This document shows, piece by piece, positions 10,696 through 22,148 of a DNA stretch of 36,162 nt. Source of the stretch: Hyphochytrium catenoides (Eukaryota > Protista > Hyphochytriomycota). The number at the start of each line of letters is the position of its first letter. The first letter of the stretch is position 1. A program made the translations under genes and the position numbers. The notes below the pieces were generated by a model. It had not been told where the DNA came from and ran no database searches. It saw only the letters and a program-made list of their open reading frames with translations. The stretch lies in assembly GCA_900088475.1 (NCBI GenBank), contig FLMG01002561.1, positions 1 to 36,162 on the forward strand, written 5' to 3'.

Positions 10696-13600
10696 GTTAT
10701 AGAGGAGAGTCAATTGCTTGACTCGTCTCTCTCCATNNNNNNNNNNNNNNNNNNNNNNNNNNNNNNNNNNNNNNNNNNNNNNNNNNNNNNNNNNNCTCAT
10801 GCTCTGACCACCATCGTCATACTCTTCTTTATCAGTCTCCTCCTCTTCCTCTTGCTCCTGATCTTGTTCCTCTTCGGAGGTACTTATAGAGTCCGGTCCT
10901 TCAGTTGAGTCGAGGGACCCCGTGTCCTCCTCCCCGGAGTCTGACTCTGACTCGCTGCTGTCCTTCGAGACAAGCTGCTCTCTGCAGGAAGATGGAAAAG
11001 TTGGGATGAGAAATAAAGTACTCTTCTATTAGCTTTCTACCCCTTGCTTCTCAGTAGTTTCTCTCTATGACCATCAATTCGCTGGCTCCCTATGTATAAG
11101 GGATCACGTATATGGTTGGCCCTAGATCGAAGTCTCCGTCCTTCACCCGACCTCTTCTCACTCTTATCTTTAGGTACGATTTGTGCCTCTTTCTGTCTAT
11201 TTACCCGCCTCAACCGGTTGTTTCCTCACTAAACACCCTGTCCCTTACAGTCTTACCGAAGGATGGTGAACTGCGTCTTCCTCTCCTTCCACCAGGAATT
11301 ACCTAAGAAGCTAGTCTGCAGTTTGTACTGGACTTGGATCAGTGGAGTCATCAAGCTCATATATCTCGTGTTAAGTTCCGTGAACTTGGGAGGGAAGCGG
11401 AAGAAATGTAAGGACTATGGAAGCTAGCGGACAGGTCAACTGCTAGAATGCTCCCCAAAAAGGTAGAGTCACCCAAGATAAGGATTGAGCCATGTTGGGC
11501 AAGTATTATTGAAATTGAGCTGTAAGATTGGAGGAGAGCCAGCGGTGGCGCCACATTGGGTGACGACTTCAGTGAAGCACTTACCTTTTCGAATGTCAGC
11601 TTATCGGTACCTTGGAGCTCCTTGGTGACGAGCACCATCAGGTTCTGCCCGACACCCAGCACCTTCAATAGCTCAAAGTATTGAGCAGGAGTGGCGTTGC
11701 CGTCCAGAGAACGGTCGAAGCCAGTGAAGAGGAAGTTATAGAGCTGGACGATAAAGAGGTCAGAGACAGGAATGAGGCGATTGACGGAAGAGGGAGAAGA
11801 CTTTGCAGCTTGATGCCAAGGGCAAAGTGAACCAAGAGAGTACGGAGTGAGCAGGGGGGGTTAGAACCCTCTTTACTGAACAACAGGTGTAGACGGGGCA
11901 AAAGCACTTAGACAAAGACACACACATACGATGTATCTAAAGCCGCCAAGGGACGGGAAGTCATGCCAGAGTGCTGGAAGACACAATAGGTACGCACCTC
12001 GCTGACGCCAAACATGCAGAACGTTCCAAGTGAACAGACGAACTGTCCGAAGTCAAGCTCCTTTATCTCCTCCCCGAGAGAGAAATTGAAGACTCGCACA
12101 GTGACAGAGTTCCGGGGAATCTAGTGATGGACAAAGCTTACTTCTCAGAAGGCAGGCTGTGGACAGAAAGAGACTGCTCCTGCACTCCTTCGCCTTCTCC
12201 GCTAGTTTCCTATCTTTTTTCTGCCTCTTCCCCTTCTCTGTTTCTCTCTCTCTTCCTCGTGGTTCCAGCGACGGTGAGCTGTCTCTTACCCTGGTGTACT
12301 GAAAGAACTCTGTCAAGCTTATGGTTCCGCCTCCATCGGCGTCCATATGTCTGAATAGCTGCTGGAGCCGTTCAATGTCGAGAGAGGTTAGAGCCAGGAA
12401 CTCCACAGCAGACTGTGGAAACAAGAGAAAGCGAACGGTAAGTGTGGCATAATGAGGAGCTCTCTAACACCAGAAGACGCTGTCAAATGAGGATGCATCC
12501 TGGGCATATGACGACGGTAAGCTCAACAAGGGATAGATCACGACTAATAATAGCACCATCAGTGGGCTCTGCTTTCCCTTGGCTTGCTGTCGTTCTTGGA
12601 CCTCTCTCTCCGCCTCCTCGATCTCAAATTCGGCGTCGGCCAGGGCTTCCCGAACTTTCTTGTTAGCTTCAAACCAGGAAAGACAAAACCCAAATCAGTT
12701 GAGAGCTTGTGGAAGGAGAGTAACCCATCTATGCCGTATTAAGCGCGGAGCGTAGAAGGATTAGGAGACGGGAGGGAGAAGAGGGAAGGCTGGAAGGAGT
12801 CAGGAAAGGCCCGCAAGCTATCTGCTCACCAGGATCCGCGGCAAGAATCTTTCTTAGCTCTACAATGTTCCTGGTCTGGTCCTTGATGTTGATCTTCCCT
12901 GTTGTTGTCCTTCCAGCTGACGCCTTCCGCACCCAGAGATACATCCCGGAGGCAAAGCCGAAGTGCCCTAAGTCTTCATCAATGCGCACGAAGTTTAGGC
13001 GAGCAAGTCGTGTCTTTAAAGCCCACCGCCGTTTGTCGGAGAGAGAAGAAGCCAGAGCAGAGGCACAGACAAGACACAGAGAGAGAAAGAGGGAGAGAAA
13101 AAGGAAGGAAGACCGATATTAGGCCTTATCGTGTGAAGTCTGTTGGTGGTTGCATGAAAGAGAAGAAACTCGGTCTGTCAAGATCAATGAGTTGTTTCTC
13201 TCCCTCCCTCGACACAAGATCCTTCTCACTCTCTCACTCCTACCTCCTCCTGCCTGGTATAGGATACTCTAATATCTGCCAGCATGTCGTCGTCCTTCAC
13301 TCCTCTGGCGCCTAGAACCAAAGAGGCTGCTCGCGGCTGGGCTGCTGGCCCGTTGAGCAGTGGATGGGAGAACGTCTTAAAGCCCAATGACTTTAGGTCC
13401 ACGTATCTCGGAGATAAAGGGTCAGCGTGAGAGAGACGAAGCTCTGTAAAGGGCTGTACACCTGGTGCAGCGGGAGGTGGTATATGGCAATGAAGAATGA
13501 GAGATGGGGAGAGAGAGAGAAGGCGTTAGCCTACAGAGGCCACACTCACACCAGGGATAGCAAGCTGCAAAACGCTCGAGTGAATTTCTCCTCAGAACTC

Positions 13601-16600
13601 CTATGCTTTTACTTCTTTTCCTTTCCTTCTGATCACTCTCAGCTCTCGTCTTCTTGGTGTTAACTCCTTTGTAAACTTTCATAGCTCAGATGCTCTCAGA
13701 TTCCAGGTTATTGACCCTTCTCTCTTTCCCCTACAGGCCACTTTCCCTTTCCCAGTTCTGCCTTTAATCACTCTTGGCATGCCCTCGCTCGCCTGTCTGC
13801 CTCAGCTCACCCTTCTCTGCTGACTTCTTCACCCAGATGTACACCGGCGCGTGCAGTCCCAAATCTTGAGGCAGTCTTTTGAAGCCACCTTCCTCCGTCA
13901 GGTGCAGCGGTGCCTGCGATGCCTCGAACTCCTGCAGCTCCGCCAGGCCCACAGTCAGGTGAAGATCGACAATACCCACTATCAGCAAGTCGGACCAGTG
14001 ATAGGAGACAGTGGAGAGACGTTTGTTAGTGTTTAATCACAAGGAGGGACATACCCTGAGGAGCCACAAGACATGTGCAGGGGTATGATACGGGTCAATA
14101 ATGGAGGAGGCAGACGTAAGTCTCAAAGTGCCACGAAGAAGAAGAAGCGTAGGAAGAAGGGAGACGGAGTGGTGTTCGTGGGCAGTAGGCATTAGATCTA
14201 GATGCAATCCCTGAGGGTCGAATCAGAGAACTAACAGCAAATGTAGACGGAAGAACGCTGCAAAAAGGCGGACCGCGTAACGAATGCCGAACAAGGCTAC
14301 AGCATAAGCAGTGGGAAGCATGAGACACACACGGAGCGAGAGAGAGAGAGAGACAGAAAGACTTAGAAATGGGCAGAGCTATGGCCATAAGAGGCAAGAG
14401 AACTTCTCCGTCACGTACGAGGCTTTTTCAGTGTTGTCGCCTGCCTCTCTCGAATGACAGCCCGTATCCTTTCCCTGTAGAGGAACTGCTGCTGACGCCT
14501 CGTTGAAGCTTTGAAGAGCAGTCGCTCGGAGAAAGAGAGTGTGAGGAGGTGCTTCTGGATCTTCTCTTCCTCCTTCTTCCTCAGAGTCAGTAGAAGAGAC
14601 TGTCCCATTCTCTCGTCTACCTCCAATTTCCTTGTATCATTCTTCTCTTTGACTTCCATGTCGGTCTGCTTCTTCTTTTCCTCGGCTTCAGCTCTCCTTC
14701 TGGCTTCTTCCTTGTAGGCCCGCACCTTCTCTCTGTAGATCAAAATAGGGCTTGGGTCGATTCTCTTTTCTATTGCCTTGGCGGGTTGCTTCCTCCCTCC
14801 GCTAATCTTTGGCAGCATTGATGACTTTGGTAGCGTAGGCGTAGGCTCCCAGAGCTTCTTATTCACGATATTTTGCCAGTGCTCAATGGAGAAGTGTGAA
14901 GGGAGAGAGGAGGATGAGAGCTCTACGGAAGGGAAGACGGCGTCGAAGACTAGCTGTTCATTGTAAGTTGAGCTCAGCTTTCTCTGGATAACAAACAGGT
15001 CTTTCGCTTCCAGCTCAGCCGCTACCTGGAGGTCCGAAATCTCTTCCTCGATCTCTCTCTCCCTCTCTGCAGCGAGGGAGAGCGAGGAGAACACGTGGTG
15101 TTCATGCCTGGCGGTTAAGCTCTTCGCTTCCCGCAAGGACTCCAAGTGCGTATTTTCCATGGAGAAGATGATCTTCCGGTTAACAACTTCAAGTTTCTCA
15201 TGGAGCAGCTGCAGCGAGCGCTGACCGCGGTCTCTAAGCTTCAAAAGGCTGACATTATGCGAGGAAATGTTAGGCTGGAAGGGCATGCAAGGGCCACCCA
15301 TGGAAGGAACATGACCTAGGAAAAAACAGAATAGAAAGAGGAAAAGGCTCTCCAGGATAGATTTTTTTAGAGTGTGCGCTCTCCTCTGAACCACTGCCAA
15401 TGAGCCAGGAGGAGAATGAACTGGTAAAGACCGAGTATAAGGATGGGAAGAGTGAGAGAGAAGGACAAGCAGACGGATGGCGTGCTGATAGGAGAAAGAT
15501 AGCAGTTGGTGCTCCTCGGATGTGAAGATATAGGGAGAGAGAGAGAGAGAGACAGAGAGAGAGAGACAGAGAGAGAGACAGAGACAGAGACAGAGAGCAG
15601 AGAGAGAGAGACAGAGAGAGACAGAGAGAGAGAGAGAGGAAGGACTAACACAGCGAGGGACAAAGAACTCTGAAAGCGCATCTGTAACAGTAATAGAGGA
15701 TAAGCTACAAGCCTCGAAGACGAGAAAGGGGAATGATGAGAGCGATCAAGAGACTGGAAAAGAAGAGAGCGGGCCTGACTTACCGCCGCTTGGTCACCGC
15801 CATGCTCGCCTTTACCTCTCCGTCCAGGTCAATGAGACGCTGAGCAACCTTCCTTTTTCTCTCCAGAAGCCATAGAATTTGCAGCCGCAACATCTTTAGC
15901 TGGTCATCCCGGTCTTCTGCTTCGTCGTCTTCCGCCTCCCGCTCTTGTTCCCTCTTTCGTTCCTCTCTCGCGGAACGTAGAGAGTCCTCAACCGCAGTGA
16001 GGACGGTCTTCAAGCTGGCTAGCTCTTCACAGAGCCATCGAAGGTACTGCGCTGAAGAGGCCGCATAGAGAGATGCAATTGCCCTTATCTCTCTCACTTC
16101 GCTCTCTCCACTTTCTAGCACTGCGTGAAGCTCGAGCAGACCTGCTGCTGCGAGGCTTCGCGCTGCTTTACACAGCTGCAGACGGGTTGAGCTCTTCTCG
16201 TTCCCGTCTTTGCAGAGTGGCCGGTACTGGTCTTTTTCGGCTCTTTCGCTATCCGGAGAATCTGGCTTGCCCTGTCTAGGTTGAAGAGAAGGCAGCGCTT
16301 TGTCCCCTGTCTCTTCTCCATCTTTCACTTGCTCTCCTGCGAGGAGTAGTGAGTCGCCATTCTTTGTGTCTTGTTTGGCTCCAAGAGTCATGGATTTCTC
16401 TCCAAGCTCTGGACTATCTAGTTCCTCTTGTTTGACTGCTTCTGTCCTTTCGCTCACTATTCTTCTCTTCTCTTCTTCTATGGCCTTCATTGTCCTCGGG
16501 TGACTGGCTATTCTAAAGAAGGGAAGTCTCTTCATTTCCTCCTGTAGAGCTCTGAGATGCTCATCCAGGGAAGCGAGGAAGAGGAAGGTAAAGCTGTCTA

Positions 16601-19600
16601 TCTCTTGTACCTCTCTAACCCTTTCCCTTCTGCATGCTTCACCCAGCAGCTGCCTTCTCATCCTCAAGGGAAGGACCTTCTTGTCTCTTTCTGTCTCTTC
16701 TCCCTCTTTCCATTTGGCATTACGGAGCCCTGCAATCGCAGCGCTAGTCCTTTGCCGCACCTGGTGTCCTCTGAAGACTCGTTGGATATAAATGGCAGCT
16801 GCTGCTCTACCTCCTTCTGCATCTTTCCTTCCTTCTAAGATTCCCAAAGCATGGCTGCTAGATAACCGGGGCCCTAGGAAGGCAGTGGAGGGTGATCTAC
16901 TTGAGAGAGCAGACAAAGAAAGGTTTTTAGCAAAGGGAGATGTAGGAGAAGAAGGACGAAGATTTTGACGGCCCTTGTTAGCAGAGAATACAGAGCGCCG
17001 TCTAACTTTGTCCAAATACTTCCTCATAGTCCTTTGAAGCATTAGCGCGGCTCCTACGAGCTTTCTCTGTCTCCTCTCTTCTTCTGTCAAGGATTGGCTG
17101 ACATCTGTCCCATCCAGTGCCCGCTGTAAGAGGATAGCGGAGGCATTTGCAGAGTAAGAGATTGGTCCCGCCCTTCCGGCCTCGGCGAGAGAGATCGCTT
17201 CTTTCATACTTTCTTGGAGCATCCTTGCTCTCTGTAGGGCCGATAACAGCGGAGCGCTGTTGTCTGACGCTGCTACTCTTTGAGCAGCAAGGAGAGCGTC
17301 TCTTTTGTCGCTCTCCTCCTCCTTCTTCTTGAGCGCTGCAGCGAAGGCTGACGAAGAAAGAAGAACCGAAGAAGAGGAAGTATCCTTTGGGCTAAGAATG
17401 AGAGAACGGATAAGCTCTTTCCTTCTCTTCACTTGGATCTCCGCCATCACCAGGTCATTAGTGGTGATCACTCGCTGGTCTTTGCCTCCTCCTGTCGCTC
17501 CAGACTCTGTCTTTCTCTCTCCTAGCGGAGAGGTACAGAAGGGGAATGAGTGAGAAGGTGAGAAGCAAAGCGGACAGACGTGCACGAGCACTTCTCCGTT
17601 GCTTGTCTCGTGATAGGCAGAATATCGTAGAGGACACTGCCCACCGTTCCAGGCCCGGCAGACAACGAGACCAGAGAAACCAGCTGAAGGGACAAAGAGG
17701 GAATCCGCAGCATTGTATCTACCAGGAGGCCCTGGTCTCTCTCTCTCCTGCGCTGCTGTTCTCTCTACTGCTTGTCTCTCTGAGGCTTCTCCTATCGTAA
17801 AGAGCCGTTCGTAGGCATTGTACTGAAGGGTTGGAAGTTTCCGAAAGAAAGAAAGAGAGAGAGACTCGGGAGGCGTTTGAAGGACATCTAACACCGCCAG
17901 CGTCTCTTCACTCTCAGCATCGCCGTCTTCTAGAGACATCTCTCTCTGTCTTTCTCTGAGCTCTTTTCTGCCTTCATCATACGCCTTGGAAAGAGCCGAA
18001 AGAGGAACTTTGTCTCCTACTGCGAATTGCATGACAACGAGTCTGCCCATATAAAGGCGGAGCCTTTCTAGCTGTGCGGGACCGAGGTAACCGCCTCCCT
18101 CTTTCTCTTGTTCTGTTCTTCTCTTTCTCCGTCTCCGTCTCTTCAAAAGTCTCGCAGATGGAGGTTGTCTCTTGGCTGGTCCTAGAGTTTGGATCAAGGT
18201 GTCTTTCAGTCCTTTGATGCTCTCTTTCAACTCTGAGAATTCTTCTCTGAAGACTGCATCGTCCTGTAGCTCTACTATGGCCCGACGCCTTCCCACGGTG
18301 ATCTCTTCTGTCGTCTCCTCTCCAACTTCCGGGCGAGAAGACTGAAGATGTGATTGGAGATACTCCTTCGCGTCTTCGTCGTCTTCACTCTCTTCTCCAT
18401 AACGTTCTTCCTCTACCGGCCAAATGTCTTTAACAAAGAAGAAGATGCCCAAGAAAAGGATCACACTCTTAAGCTTCGCTCTTAGTATCCTGATCCGCCT
18501 CTCTTTCGCCAGCCGTGCAGCAGCAGTGTTTCTATCGATCTGTTCCCTCTTTCGTAGGACACCTAAGACCCTCAAGTGGTGCTGAAGGCGCCGAACGACT
18601 GAGGAGAGAAAGATACTGTTCAAATGGAAGGATTCCCTCTCCGCCAGAGCTTCGTGCTCCGCAAAAGTGAAGCCCCATTCTATCACTCCAGGACGGGAAG
18701 ACAGAGGCGAAGGTTGCAGCAGAGGCTGAGGAAGAGACGATGAGAAGAGAGGGCGTACATAGAGAACTCTTTTCTCTTCGATGAGGGCATTGACTAACCT
18801 CTGCCGTTCCTCAGCTTGCTCTAGATCGCCTTTCTCCCTTATTTTCAGCGCCCTAAGAGCTGGAGTGATAGAGAGTAGAGGAGATAGCGCCGAAGGGAGA
18901 GAAAGAGTGCCACAGCAGACGATTTGAAGCTCTTTCAGCCTAGGCAAACATCCTCGAACCTTCATCTCCTCAATGCGAAGGAAAGGGAAGTGGGCGAGGT
19001 GAAGCAGCTCAAGAGAAAGAGAAAGGCCGTGGCCGAAGAGTAGCGTTCCAAGACTGGAGGCCGAGAGAGTCACTTCATCCTTCTTCCTAGGCAAAGTCCA
19101 GGAGGCCGCAGAGATAAGGCGCAGTTCTCTTAGACCTTGACACCAGGAAAGCATGCAGGGAGATGCCTCCTGGAAGAGAGGGTACTGGAGAGAGCGGACC
19201 CCATGAAGAGCGAGGACTTGAAGGCAGGAGTAGCGGGCTAGAGCGTGGACCGACTGCTCGCTAATGAAGCTCTCCTCCCCCTCCAGCCTCACGACTCTAA
19301 GCTGGTCTATAGCGGCAAAGTGTAAGAAGAGAGCTCTGGAAGTGTTGCGTGATCCACGGAGCCGACAAGAGAGAAAGATATCAGAGAGAATGGAAGCGGA
19401 CAGTGAGAGAGGAAGAAATGGGGACAGAGAGCTGGGAGAGACAAGCACCTAGAGGATAACAAGAAAAAAAAAAGAGGAAGAGGAGGACATAGAGGAGCCC
19501 AGGAAGTGTCTCCTCCTTGTGCAGTATCTTACTTACCGGCAGCGTACTGCAGGAGCCAGAAGAGGAACTCATCATTTGCTCTATTTACCCCTACCCAGAT

Positions 19601-20115
19601 ATCTAGAAGTGACCCTCCGGCCATCGGTTCAGGGCCGTCCGTATTGTTCTCCTTCTGGGGAGTGCCGTGAACCACAAGCTGCTGAGCGTTGACCTGAGGG
19701 AAATCCAGGAGACAGAGGGAATGGAGCTGAGGGAGGAAGGAGCTTAACAGAACGGAGAGCCCTAAGTGGGAGACTTTTTCTAGGCGAGAGAGGGACAAAT
19801 GAATGATATGAGGAGCACCCAGCGTGAGCATTCGAAGCCCGTCATCCGTCAGCTGATCTAAGCTTGACAAGGAGAGAGTGTGGAGAGAGATGGCGCTCGG
19901 GATCGCTCCCCTCATCAATGCTCGTGACAAAGAAAAATCGTCAAACCCTGGCTCAGAGCCCTTCAAAACCAGCGCATGTAACTGGGGACAACTGCGCAAT
20001 ATCCTAGCCCAGGGCACGAGCATAAAGGAGATGAGGGAGTGGAAGAGAGATGGTCAAGAATGAACCACAGAGGTAGTGAAGGGGCAACAAGGAAGAAGAG
20101 AGGAAAACAACGTGG

Positions 20116-20146
<31 letters not shown>

Positions 20147-21343
20147 AGGAGATAGTATGAGCAGATCGGGAAACGAGAAATTGATGGATAGAAGCATCAG
20201 ACGAAGGAGCACGGCTAAGCCTAGGTACCAGGTTAGGGATTGAGGGCTGAGGAAGCGACAGTCTGAGACGTCGACTCTCCTCAAAGTAGTGAACCTCTCA
20301 GAGTCATTGCTTGAGGAATGAGCGGGAGGGCTTGAGCTTCTTTTGTAGGGGCTTTTATCTCCCTCGACTGGTGCCCCTCCGTCATAATCCCTCGCCTGTT
20401 GAGATGAACAAACAGAGAAAGGCTCTCCCGTGATGCTAGTGCCGGAGAGGAGCATAACAGTGAGCTTCCTGCAGTGATGCAACACCGCCTGGAGGCCTGG
20501 GTCACAGAATCCGAGGCAGCCCGACACGTCCAAGTATTGAAGGTCCTGCAATCGCTCGCTGGAGGAGATGATCGTGGCATCGTCAAGGAGAGAAAGTCCA
20601 GTCATTCTCAAGGTCTGCAGACGGGTCAACGCTCCGAGGGTATCAGCCAGACTCTTTTCCTCCTCTTCTCTCGGGACACGGTTACGTGAGGACGTACCCG
20701 TTTCCTCTTCTCTCCTTTCTTGGAAGGAACAGTAGCTAATGTCAAGAGAAAGAAGAGTGTTGCCGGCTCTTCTTATCGTTGCCAGGCCAGCGAGTGAAAG
20801 AGAGGAGCAGTATGAGAGATCTAAAGAGGCCAGCTGTCTGCAGTTCATAAGAATGCTCTCCAGTACTCCGTCAGTGATATCCGCATTGCCTCTGCAGCTG
20901 ACAGTAAGGAACAGATTGTCATATCGTTGCAGAGCGCCTTGTAAACTCGTGGTTGTCAGTCTCCAGGGCGCAAGGCTCAGCGTAAACTTTTTCCCATTTT
21001 CGTCTTTAGCTGTCTTCGTGGCATCATCCATCCCTTGCTCAGTGCCAATCTTATACCAAGTCTCACCTTCAATGGTCGATGCGGTCTGCAGCTCAAGTTG
21101 GTGAGAAAGCAGAAAAGGGCCAAGGTCACACTGCCTGCTTTGCTGTGACTGAAAGTAGGAGGCATGCCAATGGTTCGCTGTGGGGAAAAATTCGGTGGCT
21201 GGGTCCTTAAAGAGGCGAAGCGCTGTGGCGCGGGCTGTTGAGCTGGAGGCCTCTTGCAGCTTCTTCGCAGCCCCAAATCCCAGATCTACAGCCCGCCTAC
21301 CTACGGGAGGACCATCTCCTGCCAAAGACGGCCCCAGCTCCAT
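10690..21343 (-). CDS. Giant (~2,500 aa, ~14 exons) multidomain protein: F-box/AMN1-type LRRs, Zn knuckle, IQ motifs, coiled coil, MABP-like repeats, EF-hand module, acidic tail
   Basis: LRRs: LASLDLSYCSSLS, LQYLDVSGCLGFCD, LRRVDVSDCRFLS, LSLSSLDQLTDDGL. IQ motifs: LQRTMRKYL, IQRVFRGHQVR. The apparent stops at 15780 and 14411 lie inside donors (CG|gtaagt, C|gtacgt), and phase-compatible acceptors continue to GIVDLHLTVG..., ADIRVSYTRQEE|TRL...YLWVRK and DADGGGTISLTEF. The 3' end runs into the N-gap at 10737-10795, so the stop is approximate. Individual exons are more secure than the single-gene model. Confidence 0.68.
10737..10795. other. Assembly gap (59 N) in the last exon of the giant gene
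   Basis: Run of N. Confidence 0.99.
15535..15640. repeat. (AG)n/(AGAC) microsatellite inside an intron of the giant gene
   Basis: gagagagaga gacagagaga... over about 105 nt. Confidence 0.9.
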
Positions 21344-21637
21344 TACTCCCCAGTTCGCCGGTTGAAACCCGGATAGGATGGTTAAGTGCTATGCGGGCGT
21401 GATGCGGTCTTCCTGCCGCCGTTGGTTGCCATTCCCGCCTTTCTCGCCACGGATGGCTGCAGCCATGGTTATGTCTTATTATACTTGGATGGGTGAGGAA
21501 GTAGGCCTTTCTTCTGCCCTTTTGTTTCTTTCGCCAACTCGTCCTTGAAGGTTAAAACTCGTTCCATGCTGACGAAGGAAAGACAGTAGATGACCGCAAG
21601 CTAGCCAAGAGCTATTATCATCGACAGCATGAAGTAG

Positions 21638-21707
21638 NNNNNNNNNNNNNNNNNNNNNNNNNNNNNNNNNNNNNNNNNNNNNNNNNNNNNNNNNNNNNNN
21701 NNNNNNN
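21638..21707. other. Assembly gap (70 N) abutting an (AG)n run in a divergent intergenic region
   Basis: Run of N followed by agagagagag. Confidence 0.99.
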
Positions 21708-22148
21708 AGAGAGAGAGAGAGAGAAGCACGGTTGGACAGCATCCGCATCCGCCTCTGGTCCATCTGCTGGTACCCTCCGTGCCCTCATGGCGGGAGACAA
21801 ACTTCATCGAGCGCGAAAGGTCATAGAGTAGTTCATCACTAAGTACAAGTATAACGAAGACTTTACTTTAAACCATAATCAAAGTCAAGAACGGTGAACA
21901 GGGAATATAGTATGAGACTTATGTAAGTTGATGTACTTATCTTAAGGTAAAACAGTAGTGCTTGCCAACGCCTGCGTGTGCCCTACCGCGGTCGTTACTG
22001 GACTACCGAAGAAGTGCACTTTTCATCCGACTAATAAGAGCTGTGGAGCTGCGATGCGAGCCACCGTCCGATGAGTCAAAGCCTTCTAAAGCCTATTCCT
22101 GGGAGAGAGAGAATGGATAAGACATGATGAGATGGTTGAGACCAAGCG

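Noticed and set aside
13284-14036. Apparent small plus-strand spliced gene whose ATG overlaps a minus-strand ATG in the palindrome CATG (13283-13286)
   Set aside because: The minus strand here encodes coherent MABP-like exons, and the minus ATG is internal (VKDDDMLADIRVS). The plus ORFs are best explained as antisense shadows.
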